This document shows, piece by piece, positions 39,123 through 48,051 of a DNA stretch of 64,000 nucleotides. The stretch is from an uncultured Lachnospiraceae bacterium (GTDB lineage Bacteria > Bacillota > Clostridia > Lachnospirales > Lachnospiraceae), in assembly GCA_949102785.1 (NCBI GenBank), contig CARYKP010000009.1, forward strand, positions 9,513 to 73,512, given 5' to 3'. A program made the translations under genes and the position numbers. Below the pieces are notes generated by a model. It did no database searches. It worked only from the letters and a program-made list of their open reading frames with translations, and was not told the origin of the DNA. The stretch's first letter is position 1. Each line of letters opens with the position of its first letter.

Positions 39123-40133
39123 ATGTTAAACGGAAAAAAAATATTATACAGCGGAATGCAGGCAACGGGAACCTTAACGCTTGGGAATTATCTGGGAGCG
39201 TTGAAAAACTGGGTGAAACTGCATGAAGAATACGAATGCTTATACGGCGTGATGGATCTGCATTCCCTGACCGTCCGACAGAATGCGGCGGAGTTTCGGA
39301 AAAATGCCAGATCACTGTACGCACTGTATGTGGCGGCGGGACTGGATCCGGAGAAAAATTGTATTTATTACCAGTCGCATGTGTCCGGCCATGCCGAATT
39401 GGGCTGGATTTTAAGCTGCTTTACTTATATGGGAGAATTAAACCGCATGACGCAGTTTAAAGATAAGGCGGCAAAACATGCGGATAATATCAATGCCGGA
39501 TTATATACGTATCCGGTGCTTATGGCTGCGGATATTCTTTTGTATCAGGCAGACGTTGTTCCGGTCGGCGTAGACCAGAAACAGCATCTGGAAATCACAA
39601 GGGATATTGCACAGAGGTTTAATGCGCTTTACGGGGATGTGTTTACCGTTCCGGAAGCTTATATTCCAAAAGCCGGGGCGAAGATTATGAGCCTGCAGGA
39701 TCCTCTCAAAAAAATGTCCAAATCGGATGAAAATGCAAATGCAACGATACTTCTTTTAGATGAGAAAGATGCCGTTATCCGTAAATTTAAGCGGGCTGTG
39801 ACGGATTCCGGCTGTGAAGTACGGTATGCCGAAGATAAGCCCGGCGTAAGTAATTTGATGGACATTTACGGCTGCGTTACCGGAAAATCCTACGAAGAAA
39901 TCGAACGGGAATTTGACGGCAGGGGTTACGGAGACTTTAAGCTGGCGGTAGGGGAAGCAGTTGCGCAGGAGTTAGAGCCGCTGCAGAAGAAATACCGGGA
40001 GATCATGGAGGATAAATCTTATCTGGATTCCGTGATTTCGGCGAATGATGAAAAGGCGGCTGCGTACGCGGCAAAGACGCTGCGAAAAGTGCAGAAAAAA
40101 GTAGGACTGACAGAAAAACTCCGCCGATCATGA
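39123..40133 (+). CDS. trpS: Tryptophan--tRNA ligase
   Basis: TLGNYLGA, YPVLMAADIL, VGVDQKQH, KMSKS. Confidence 0.97.
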   Translation: MLNGKKILYSGMQATGTLTLGNYLGALKNWVKLHEEYECLYGVMDLHSLTVRQNAAEFRKNARSLYALYVAAGLDPEKNCIYYQSHVSGHAELGWILSCFTYMGELNRMTQFKDKAAKHADNINAGLYTYPVLMAADILLYQADVVPVGVDQKQHLEITRDIAQRFNALYGDVFTVPEAYIPKAGAKIMSLQDPLKKMSKSDENANATILLLDEKDAVIRKFKRAVTDSGCEVRYAEDKPGVSNLMDIYGCVTGKSYEEIEREFDGRGYGDFKLAVGEAVAQELEPLQKKYREIMEDKSYLDSVISANDEKAAAYAAKTLRKVQKKVGLTEKLRRS

Positions 40134-40174
40134 GGATAAAAAAATAAAATAAGCCGGGAAAAAGTTGGAAAGGC

Positions 40175-40201
40175 ACGAACAACATGGACATTTCATAGGA
40201 T
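40175..40201 (+). promoter_or_regulatory. Mother-cell (SigK/SigE-type) promoter for sigK
   Basis: AC-17 bp-CATAggaT matches the AC...CATAnnnT consensus. Confidence 0.5.
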
Positions 40202-40229
40202 ATAGCAAGTAAGTTTTTGAGGTGTCATC

Positions 40230-40847
40230 TTGAAAACTTTTTTATCCCCTCTGAATGCAACGGAAGAAAAGGAGTATTTAAAACGCCGGAAAGAGGGAGA
40301 TCCGGAAGCAAAGAAAGTTCTGGTGGAGCGAAACATGCGCTTAGTCGCCCATATTTCCAAAAAATACCAGAATTCGGAAGAGGAAATGGAAGATCTGATA
40401 TCCATCGGGACGATTGGTTTAATCAAGGCGATTTCTACATTTCAGGAAGATCACGGCAGCAAACTCGCCACGTATGCGGCAAGATGTATTGAAAACGAAC
40501 TGCTGATGTATTTCCGGTCCAAAAAGAAATGTTCCAGGGAGGTTTCTTTATACGAACCGATCGGGACGGACAAAGAAGGAAACCAGATACAGCTGATGGA
40601 TATCGTTGAGGTCGACGAAAAGGACGTCGTGGAACAGCTTGAGCTCAAGCGCCAGATTGTACGGCTCTATCAGCTGATCCCGGATGTGCTTGACGAAAGA
40701 GAAAAAGAAATTTTAAAACTGCGCTACGGACTGAGGAACGAAAAACCGGTCACACAGCGGGAAATAGCGGAAAAGCTGCATATTTCCCGGTCATATGTCA
40801 GCCGGATCGAGAAAAAAGCGTTGGAAAAACTGAAAAATAATTTTTAA
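40230..40847 (+). CDS. sigK: Sporulation sigma factor SigK
   Basis: RLVAHISKKY, DLISIGTIGLIKA, ATYAARCIENE, PIGTDKEGN, TQREIA..L.ISRSYVSRIEKKAL. Confidence 0.92.
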   Translation: MKTFLSPLNATEEKEYLKRRKEGDPEAKKVLVERNMRLVAHISKKYQNSEEEMEDLISIGTIGLIKAISTFQEDHGSKLATYAARCIENELLMYFRSKKKCSREVSLYEPIGTDKEGNQIQLMDIVEVDEKDVVEQLELKRQIVRLYQLIPDVLDEREKEILKLRYGLRNEKPVTQREIAEKLHISRSYVSRIEKKALEKLKNNF

Positions 40848-40857
40848 AATCTATTTG

Positions 40858-40896
40858 AAAAAGACGAAATCCGTGCTATACTGATTTCGTCTTTTT
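40858..40896 (+). terminator. Hairpin after sigK overlapping a sigma-A-like promoter for comM
   Basis: AAAAAGACGAAAT/ATTTCGTCTTTTT stem; TTGAAA (40855)-16 bp-TATACT with TG. Confidence 0.6.
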
Positions 40897-40951
40897 ATCT
40901 GCAGCATTTCTGCTGCATAATCCCCAACCGTTTATTTCAGGGAGTAAAAAA

Positions 40952-42475
40952 ATGTATAGTCAGATAACAACCGCGACCGTCTGCGGTTTAAAAAGCGTGT
41001 GCGTTCAGGTGGAGGCAGACGTTTGCGACGGTATGCCCGTCTTTGAAATGGTAGGTTTTTTGTCTTCGGAAGTAAAGGAAGCCAGAGAAAGGGTGAGAAC
41101 GGCGCTTCATAACTGCGGATATCCGCTTCCGGCAAAACGGATCACGGTAAATCTGTCTCCTGCGGACGTAAGAAAATCCGGTTCCGGTTTTGACCTTCCG
41201 ATTGCCGCCGCAATCCTGGCGGCGCTTGGGAAAATCCGTCAAGACGCGCTCAAAGATACGCTGGTCTTAGGAGAAATCAGTTTAAACGGAACGGTACAGC
41301 CGATCCGCGGTGTTTTGCCCATTGTGGCAAAGGCAAAAGAAATCGGGATCCGGCGCTGCATCCTTCCATATGGGAACCAGGCGGAAGCAAAATTGATTCC
41401 GGGAATAGACTTATGGGCGGTAGAAGATCTAAAGGAACTTATTTCCTGCTTAAACGGCAGGCCTTATCCGGTCAAAGCGTTTCCGGAGGAAAACGAAATG
41501 TTTCGGAGAAACGCAGAGCCGGATTTTTCAGAACTAAACGGACAAAAAAGCGTCAGGCGCGCCTGTGAAGTAGCCGTTTCGGGCATGCATAATTTTCTGA
41601 TGATCGGGCCGCCGGGCAGCGGAAAGACAATGCTCGCAAAACGGATTCCCGGGATTCTGCCTCCGATGACAGAAAAAGAAAGACTGGAAGTATCCAAAAT
41701 TTACAGTGTCTGCGGCATGCTGCCCCAAAGCGGTCATCTGATCGACAGACGTCCGTTCCGCATGCCGCACCATACCATAAGCCCAAACGGGCTTTCCGGC
41801 GGCGGGATCGTGCCCAAACCCGGAGAAATCAGCCTGGCGCATAAAGGCGTATTGTTTTTGGACGAGCTGCCGGAATATAAAAAATCGACACTTGAAATTC
41901 TGCGCCAGCCGATGGAAGACAAAGAGATTACGCTGGTCCGGCAGTCGGGGACTTACCGTTATCCTGCGGATTTTATGCTGGTAGCCGCTATGAATCCCTG
42001 CAAATGCGGATATTATCCGGACCGCAGCCGCTGCCGCTGCAGAGAAGCGGAAATTGCGGGATATCTGGGAAAAGTCAGCAAACCGCTGCTGGACCGGATG
42101 GATATCTGTGTGGAAGCTCCGGTGATCCGCTATGAAGAACTGACGGGGACTAAGGCCAACGAATCTTCGGCAGAGATACGAAACCGCGTGATGCAGGCAC
42201 TGGAGCGTCAGCGGTTCCGGTTTCGTGAGACAGAGATTTCTTATAACAGCCAGATTTCATCCAAAGATATGGAACGATACTGCAGGTTAAGCTGCAGCCA
42301 GCAAATATATATGAAGGAAATCTATCAAAAACTGGAACTTTCTGCCAGAGGTTATTATAAGATTTTAAAAACGGCAAGAACGATTGCAGATCTTGACGAT
42401 TGCGCAGATATCCGGGACTGTCATTTAAACGAGGCGGTATGTTACCGGATACAGGATAAAAAATATTGGGAGTAA
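40952..42475 (+). CDS. comM: YifB/ComM Mg-chelatase-like AAA+ ATPase
   Basis: ITVNLSPAD, GPPGSGKT, PGEISLAHKGVLFLDE, NPCKCG, ARTIADL. Confidence 0.93.
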   Translation: MYSQITTATVCGLKSVCVQVEADVCDGMPVFEMVGFLSSEVKEARERVRTALHNCGYPLPAKRITVNLSPADVRKSGSGFDLPIAAAILAALGKIRQDALKDTLVLGEISLNGTVQPIRGVLPIVAKAKEIGIRRCILPYGNQAEAKLIPGIDLWAVEDLKELISCLNGRPYPVKAFPEENEMFRRNAEPDFSELNGQKSVRRACEVAVSGMHNFLMIGPPGSGKTMLAKRIPGILPPMTEKERLEVSKIYSVCGMLPQSGHLIDRRPFRMPHHTISPNGLSGGGIVPKPGEISLAHKGVLFLDELPEYKKSTLEILRQPMEDKEITLVRQSGTYRYPADFMLVAAMNPCKCGYYPDRSRCRCREAEIAGYLGKVSKPLLDRMDICVEAPVIRYEELTGTKANESSAEIRNRVMQALERQRFRFRETEISYNSQISSKDMERYCRLSCSQQIYMKEIYQKLELSARGYYKILKTARTIADLDDCADIRDCHLNEAVCYRIQDKKYWE

Positions 42476-42478
42476 ACA

Positions 42479-43567
42479 ATGGAAGAAAACAAGAAATATC
42501 AGTATTGGATGAGATGTATTCCGGGAATCGGGAATAAAAAACTGAAAAAAATAGTAGAATATTGTGGCAGTGCAAAAGAAGCGTACGGATTATCCGAGCG
42601 TCAGTTGAGGAATATTCGGGGAATCGGCGAAAAGGATGCGGAGAACATCTTAGAGAGCAAGCGCCGGTTTGACCTGGAAGGTGAACCGGAAATTTTAGAA
42701 GAAAGAGAAATTTCCATGATCACAATCGAAGACGAGGGATATCCGCAGCGGCTAATGGATCTGAATGACGGTCCGTACGCGTTGTTTTATCGGGGAAATC
42801 TTCCTTCGGAGGAAGAAAAGACAGCGGCGATCGTGGGTGCGCGCCTGTGCTCTTCTTACGGAAGGGCGGCGGGACTTGAGCTGGGAAAGCGGCTTGCGCG
42901 CTGCGGCGTCGGAATCGTAAGCGGCATGGCGTCCGGCATCGATTCGTTCGGACATTGGGGCGCTGTCCGGGGCGGCGGAAAGACGTATGCCGTTCTTGGC
43001 TGCGGAACGGATGTCTGTTATCCGAAAGGCGGAAGAGACTTGTACGAAACCATACAAAAGAACGGAGCCGTCATTTCCGAGTATCTTCCGGGAACGCCGC
43101 CGTTTGCAGCGCAGTTTCCTGCAAGAAACCGCATCATCAGCGGGCTCTCCGACGTAGTCATTATCATCGAAGCAAAAAAGAAAAGCGGTTCTTTGATTAC
43201 CGTGGATTTTGCGCTGGAACAGGGAAAAGACATCTATGCGGTTCCGGGCAGGATGGACGATGCGTTAAGCAAAGGATGCAACGAGCTGATCCGGCAGGGA
43301 AGCGGAATTGTGGTATCTGCAGACGAATTGATCGAAGAGCTTGGCGTTTCGCCGGCAGAAACTGCGGCAAAAGATGAAGTGGCAAAAAAACCACTTGAAA
43401 AAGAAGAATCGATGGTGTATAGTTGCTTTGGTCTATATCCCAGAAATATGGAAGAATTAGTAAATATGACGAATTTACCGTCTTCCGTTTTGGCAGATTT
43501 ACTGATCCGGCTGCAGACGAAGGGATTGATCGAAGAATATTATAAAAATAATTACCGTAAAAAGTAA
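42479..43567 (+). CDS. dprA: DNA-processing protein DprA
   Basis: AIVGAR, SGMASGID, FPARNRIISGLS, SGSLIT. Confidence 0.95.
   Translation: MEENKKYQYWMRCIPGIGNKKLKKIVEYCGSAKEAYGLSERQLRNIRGIGEKDAENILESKRRFDLEGEPEILEEREISMITIEDEGYPQRLMDLNDGPYALFYRGNLPSEEEKTAAIVGARLCSSYGRAAGLELGKRLARCGVGIVSGMASGIDSFGHWGAVRGGGKTYAVLGCGTDVCYPKGGRDLYETIQKNGAVISEYLPGTPPFAAQFPARNRIISGLSDVVIIIEAKKKSGSLITVDFALEQGKDIYAVPGRMDDALSKGCNELIRQGSGIVVSADELIEELGVSPAETAAKDEVAKKPLEKEESMVYSCFGLYPRNMEELVNMTNLPSSVLADLLIRLQTKGLIEEYYKNNYRKK
43395..43423 (+). promoter_or_regulatory. Putative internal sigma-A promoter for topA inside dprA
   Basis: TTGAAA-17 bp-TATAGT. Confidence 0.5.
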
Positions 43568-43592
43568 AACAGTATAAAAGGAGTCTATAGTT

Positions 43593-45680
43593 ATGGCAAA
43601 GTACCTGGTAATCGTGGAATCGCCTGCTAAGGTAAAGACAATCAAAAAATTTTTGGGGAAAAATTATGAGGTCACTGCGTCAAACGGACATGTGCGCGAT
43701 CTGCCGAAAAGCCAGCTCGGCATCGACGTAGAACATGATTTTGAGCCGAAGTATATTACGATACGCGGAAAAGGAGATATTCTTGCAAATCTCCGCAAAG
43801 AAGTGAAAAAAGCCGATAAAATCTATCTTGCAACCGACCCTGACCGGGAAGGAGAGGCGATTTCCTGGCACTTGGCAAATGCGCTGAAGCTGGAAGGAAA
43901 AAACGTATACCGCATCAGCTTTAACGAAATCACCAAAAACGCAGTGAAAGCTTCTTTAAAAACACCGCGGGAAGTCGATATGGATCTCGTGAACGCGCAG
44001 CAGGCAAGGCGTATGTTAGACCGGATGGTGGGGTATAAAATCAGTCCTCTGCTGTGGGCGAAAGTAAAGCGGGGCTTAAGCGCGGGACGGGTACAGTCCG
44101 TCGCACTTCGTATGATCTGCGACAGGGAAGAAGAAATCAACGCGTTTATACCGGACGAGTATTGGACGTTGGAAGCAAAGCTGGCGGTCAAAGGAGAGAA
44201 ACGTCCGCTTATCGCCAAATTTTACGGGACGGAAGACGGAAAACAACCGATTCCTTCCGGAGAGGAGCTGGAACGCATCAAGAAAGAAATCGAGTATGCC
44301 GAGTATCAGGTTCTTGAAGTAAAGAAAGGCGAGAGAGTGAAAAAAGCGCCGCTTCCGTTTACGACGAGCACACTTCAGCAGGAGGCTTCCAAAGCGCTGA
44401 ATTTTTCCATTCAGAAAACGATGCGGATCGCGCAGCAGCTGTATGAAGGCATCGATGTGAAGGGAGAAGGCACGGTCGGACTGATTACGTATTTGAGAAC
44501 CGACTCGGTTCGTATTTCCGAAGAGGCGAAAGCCGCGGCGAAAGATTATATCACAGGAGCATATGGAGAAGCGTACGCGGCGGAACATGCCGGAAAGAAA
44601 CAGAATTCGGCTAAAATTCAGGACGCCCACGAGGCAATTCGTCCTTCGGATATTACAAGGACGCCCGTACTGGTAAAGGAATCTCTTTCCAGAGACCAGT
44701 TTCGGCTCTATCAGCTGATCTGGAAGCGCTTTACAGCAAGCCGGATGAAAGAAGCCGTGTATGAGACGACATCGGTTACCATCAAAGCAGGAAACTATCG
44801 GTTTCATGTATCGGCGGCAAAAATTGCATTTGACGGCTTTTTATCCGTCTATACGGCTGCGGGAGAAGAAAAAGAAGGCGGCAATGTACTGGCCGGTTCT
44901 TTGGATCAGGATTCTGTCTTAACGCTTATGGAACTGGACGGAAAGCAGCATTTTACACAGCCGCCGGCGCATTATACGGAAGCGTCTCTGGTAAAATCGT
45001 TGGAGGAGCTTGGAATCGGACGTCCGAGTACATATTCTCCGACGATTACAACCATCCTTGCCAGAAGATATGTGGTAAAAGAAAATAAGAACCTGTATGT
45101 GACAGAATTAGGCGAAATTGTCAATTCCATAATGAAAGAGTCGTTTCCGACGATTGTAGACGAGCATTTTACCGCAAATATGGAGTCGCTTCTGGACAAG
45201 GTAGAAGAGGGCGCCATAAACTGGAAAACCGTCGTCAGCAATTTCTATCCGGATTTAAAAGAAGCCGTCGACATTGCGGAGAAAGATCTGGAAAAGGTAA
45301 AGATCGAAGATGAAGTGACGGACGTCATCTGTGAAGAGTGCGGCAGGAATATGGTGGTCAAATACGGTCCGCACGGAAAGTTTCTGGCGTGTCCCGGATT
45401 TCCGGACTGCAGGAATACGAAGCCGTATCTGGAAAAAACAGGCATTCCATGTCCTTTGTGCGGCGGCGAAGTTGTCATTAAAAAGACGAAAAAAGGCAGA
45501 AAATACTACGGCTGTGAGCATAACCCGGAATGTTCTTTTATTTCCTGGCAGAAACCGTCCAAACAGCCCTGCCCCCGGTGCGGCAGCTATATGGTGGAAA
45601 AAGGAAATAAGCTTGCATGTTCCGGCGAGCAGTGCGGCTACAGTGAAAAAATTTCCAAAAATGAAGAAAAAGGAAAATAA
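43593..45680 (+). CDS. topA: DNA topoisomerase I
   Basis: IVESPAK, DPDREGE, SAGRVQS, ITYLRTDS, C-terminal Zn ribbons. Confidence 0.97.
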   Translation: MAKYLVIVESPAKVKTIKKFLGKNYEVTASNGHVRDLPKSQLGIDVEHDFEPKYITIRGKGDILANLRKEVKKADKIYLATDPDREGEAISWHLANALKLEGKNVYRISFNEITKNAVKASLKTPREVDMDLVNAQQARRMLDRMVGYKISPLLWAKVKRGLSAGRVQSVALRMICDREEEINAFIPDEYWTLEAKLAVKGEKRPLIAKFYGTEDGKQPIPSGEELERIKKEIEYAEYQVLEVKKGERVKKAPLPFTTSTLQQEASKALNFSIQKTMRIAQQLYEGIDVKGEGTVGLITYLRTDSVRISEEAKAAAKDYITGAYGEAYAAEHAGKKQNSAKIQDAHEAIRPSDITRTPVLVKESLSRDQFRLYQLIWKRFTASRMKEAVYETTSVTIKAGNYRFHVSAAKIAFDGFLSVYTAAGEEKEGGNVLAGSLDQDSVLTLMELDGKQHFTQPPAHYTEASLVKSLEELGIGRPSTYSPTITTILARRYVVKENKNLYVTELGEIVNSIMKESFPTIVDEHFTANMESLLDKVEEGAINWKTVVSNFYPDLKEAVDIAEKDLEKVKIEDEVTDVICEECGRNMVVKYGPHGKFLACPGFPDCRNTKPYLEKTGIPCPLCGGEVVIKKTKKGRKYYGCEHNPECSFISWQKPSKQPCPRCGSYMVEKGNKLACSGEQCGYSEKISKNEEKGK

Positions 45681-45691
45681 ATTGAATATTC

Positions 45692-45720
45692 TTGAAATTG
45701 CATACTAAATATGTTAAGAT
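45692..45720 (+). promoter_or_regulatory. codY promoter with an overlapping CodY-box-like sequence
   Basis: TTGAAA-17 bp-TAAGAT with TG; AATATTCTTGAAATT has 3 mismatches to AATTTTCWGAAAATT. Confidence 0.55.
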
Positions 45721-45768
45721 ACCATTCAGTTACAAAAAATTCGGAATATTTTTGAAGGAGGGTGTCAT

Positions 45769-46548
45769 ATGGGCGTACAGTTGTTGGATAAGACAAGAAA
45801 AATTAATAAACTCTTGCATAATAACAATTCTTCCAAAGTAGTGTTCAACGATATCTGCGAAGTACTGACGGAGATTTTAAAGTCCAACATTCTGGTAATC
45901 AGCAAAAAAGGGAAAGTTTTAGGAAGCAGCGTGGGAAAAGGGACTCCTGAAATCTGCGAGTTGATTGTGGACGAAGTGGGAGGGTTCATCGATCCGCTGT
46001 TAAACGAAAGACTTCTTGGGATCCTTTCTACCAAGGAGAATGTGAATTTGGAAACATTGGGATTTGCCGCCGACTTAAAGCGCTACTGTGCGATTATAAC
46101 TCCGATCGATATTGCCGGAGAGCGGCTTGGGACACTGTTTGTCTACCGGTACGATTCTCCTTATGACATCGACGATATTATACTGAGCGAATATGGCACG
46201 ACAGTCGTAGGTCTTGAGATGATGCGGTCCGTAAACGAAGAAAATGCGGAGGAGATCCGCAAGATCCAGATTGTAAAGTCTGCCATCAATACGCTTTCTT
46301 TTTCGGAACTGGAGGCGATCATCCATATTTTTGACGAGCTGGACGGCAATGAGGGCATACTGGTCGCCAGCAAGATTGCAGACCGGGTGGGAATCACCCG
46401 TTCCGTTATTGTCAATGCGCTTCGCAAGTTTGAAAGCGCAGGCGTAATCGAATCCCGGTCTTCCGGAATGAAAGGCACATACATTAAAGTGTTAAACGAC
46501 GTGGTGTTTGACGAACTTGAAAAGATAAAAAAACAAAAAGACTATTAA
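45769..46548 (+). CDS. codY: GTP/branched-chain amino acid-sensing repressor CodY
   Basis: ASKIADRVGITRSVIVNALRKFESAGVIESRS.GMKGT. Confidence 0.98.
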   Translation: MGVQLLDKTRKINKLLHNNNSSKVVFNDICEVLTEILKSNILVISKKGKVLGSSVGKGTPEICELIVDEVGGFIDPLLNERLLGILSTKENVNLETLGFAADLKRYCAIITPIDIAGERLGTLFVYRYDSPYDIDDIILSEYGTTVVGLEMMRSVNEENAEEIRKIQIVKSAINTLSFSELEAIIHIFDELDGNEGILVASKIADRVGITRSVIVNALRKFESAGVIESRSSGMKGTYIKVLNDVVFDELEKIKKQKDY

Positions 46549-46568
46549 ACTTAAGAGAAATTTTAACC

Positions 46569-46606
46569 AAAAGGATTTGCGGAAATTTCCTGCAGATCCT
46601 TTTTTT
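46569..46606 (+). terminator. Intrinsic terminator after codY
   Basis: AAAAGGATTTGC...GCAGATCCTTTTTTT. Confidence 0.8.
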
Positions 46607-46748
46607 CTGTCGTGTAAAAACGTCTGCCGGGCATTTTATGATGCTTAGTATCCGGTAGATTTTACCATAGAGAACCGAAAAGGGCGCATATATAGTGCCA
46701 AAAAAGACAGCAAAGTACAAAATCGTGTAAAAAGTGATAAAAAAATAC

Positions 46749-46776
46749 TTGTCTTTTTTTTAATATAATTTATAAT
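46749..46776 (+). promoter_or_regulatory. Sigma-A-type promoter of the fla/che operon
   Basis: TTGTCT-16 bp-TATAAT with a T8 tract. Confidence 0.55.
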
Positions 46777-46831
46777 AGAGAATATGATTAAAATATGAGG
46801 AGTATGATGTAAGAAAGGGGAACGGCCAAAT

Positions 46832-47221
46832 ATGTTTTCATCAAATGTGTTTAGTTATGTCAATGTACTCAACAAAGCTGCCGATGCGAGCTGGCTGCGT
46901 GAAGAGACGATCGCAAATAATCTTGCGAATGTAAATACGCCGGGATATAAGAGAAAAGACGTGGATTTTCAGAGCGTGCTGCGGAATGAACTTGGCAATA
47001 TGAAGTATCAGACGTTGGACAGTAAGGTGGAGCATGCCGATTTAAGCCGTTTGGATGCGTCTGTATATGTGGATTCTGCAAATTATTCCTATCGTATCGA
47101 TAAGAACAATGTGGATGTAGATGTAGAAAATGTAGAACTGGCATCGGAAAAACTGCGCTATGACGCGCTGACAGACAGCATGACCCAGGAATTTGCAAGA
47201 CTGAAATCCGTAATGCAGTAA
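46832..47221 (+). CDS. flgB: Flagellar basal-body rod protein FlgB
   Basis: IANNLANVNTPGYK, NNVDVD. Confidence 0.96.
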   Translation: MFSSNVFSYVNVLNKAADASWLREETIANNLANVNTPGYKRKDVDFQSVLRNELGNMKYQTLDSKVEHADLSRLDASVYVDSANYSYRIDKNNVDVDVENVELASEKLRYDALTDSMTQEFARLKSVMQ

Positions 47222-47244
47222 CAGCAAGGTGAGGAGGAACTGGT

Positions 47245-47685
47245 ATGGGATTATTTCAGGCATTTAATATCAGCGCGTCGGGAATGACGGCGGAGCGTTT
47301 TCGTACGGATATCATTGCGGAGAACGTTGCGAATGTCAATACGACAAGAACCGAAGACGGTACGCCGTACCGGAGGAAGGTCGTGACATTTGCGGAACGG
47401 GATAAAACATCTTTTCAGGAAATGCTCTCAAGAGCGCGTACATATGGCGGAAACGGAGTAAAAGTTACAAAAGTATCCGAGGATTACGATTCCGAATACA
47501 ATATGGAATATGATCCGGCGCATCCGGATGCAGATGAGAACGGCTATGTTTCCTATCCGAATGTAAATATCGTAACGGAAATGACAAATCTGATCGATGC
47601 CAGCAGAGGTTATGAAGCGAATGTAACGGCATTTAACGCGATCAAATCGATGGCGCAGGCAGGGCTGCAGGTAGGTAAATCATAA
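47245..47685 (+). CDS. flgC: Flagellar basal-body rod protein FlgC
   Basis: ISASGMTAER, YDPAHPDAD, PNVNIVTEM. Confidence 0.97.
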   Translation: MGLFQAFNISASGMTAERFRTDIIAENVANVNTTRTEDGTPYRRKVVTFAERDKTSFQEMLSRARTYGGNGVKVTKVSEDYDSEYNMEYDPAHPDADENGYVSYPNVNIVTEMTNLIDASRGYEANVTAFNAIKSMAQAGLQVGKS

Positions 47686-47717
47686 ACCGAAGAATGAGTT
47701 CAGGGAGGATGAGTGAA

Positions 47718-48035
47718 ATGGATATAGCTTCATTGTACAGCGTATCACCGGATTATCTTACACAGTACGGATTAAATAAATATCAGCAGGCTCCGGAAGA
47801 AAAAAACGGAGATTTTGGTTCTATTCTGGATACGGCGCTGAATATGATTAACGAGACAAACGCCTATCAGAATGCGGCGGAATCGGCGGAGATTCAGTTT
47901 GCACTCGGCGAGGCGGTCAGTACGCATGAACTGGCGGTAGCACAGCAGAAAGCGAATATCGCCCTGCAGTATACGGTTGCGGTCAGGGACAAGGTGTTGG
48001 ATGCGTACAAAGAAATTATGAATATGTCAATTTAG
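47718..48035 (+). CDS. fliE: Flagellar hook-basal body protein FliE
   Basis: AVRDKVLDAYKEIMNM; position after flgC. Confidence 0.93.
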   Translation: MDIASLYSVSPDYLTQYGLNKYQQAPEEKNGDFGSILDTALNMINETNAYQNAAESAEIQFALGEAVSTHELAVAQQKANIALQYTVAVRDKVLDAYKEIMNMSI

Positions 48036-48051
48036 TGGGTAGGGATGCAAA

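Noticed and set aside
19318..39123. T-box leaders before argS, gltX and trpS
   Set aside because: Leaders are too short (8 bp, about 45 nt and 3 bp) and no T-box consensus was seen
44076..44807. 243-aa antisense ORF within topA
   Set aside because: Antisense shadow with no recognisable domain
46549..46831. c-di-GMP riboswitch or invertible flagellar switch upstream of flgB, as in C. difficile
   Set aside because: No GEMM consensus recognised, no long flanking inverted repeats and no recombinase; an Rfam scan would settle it
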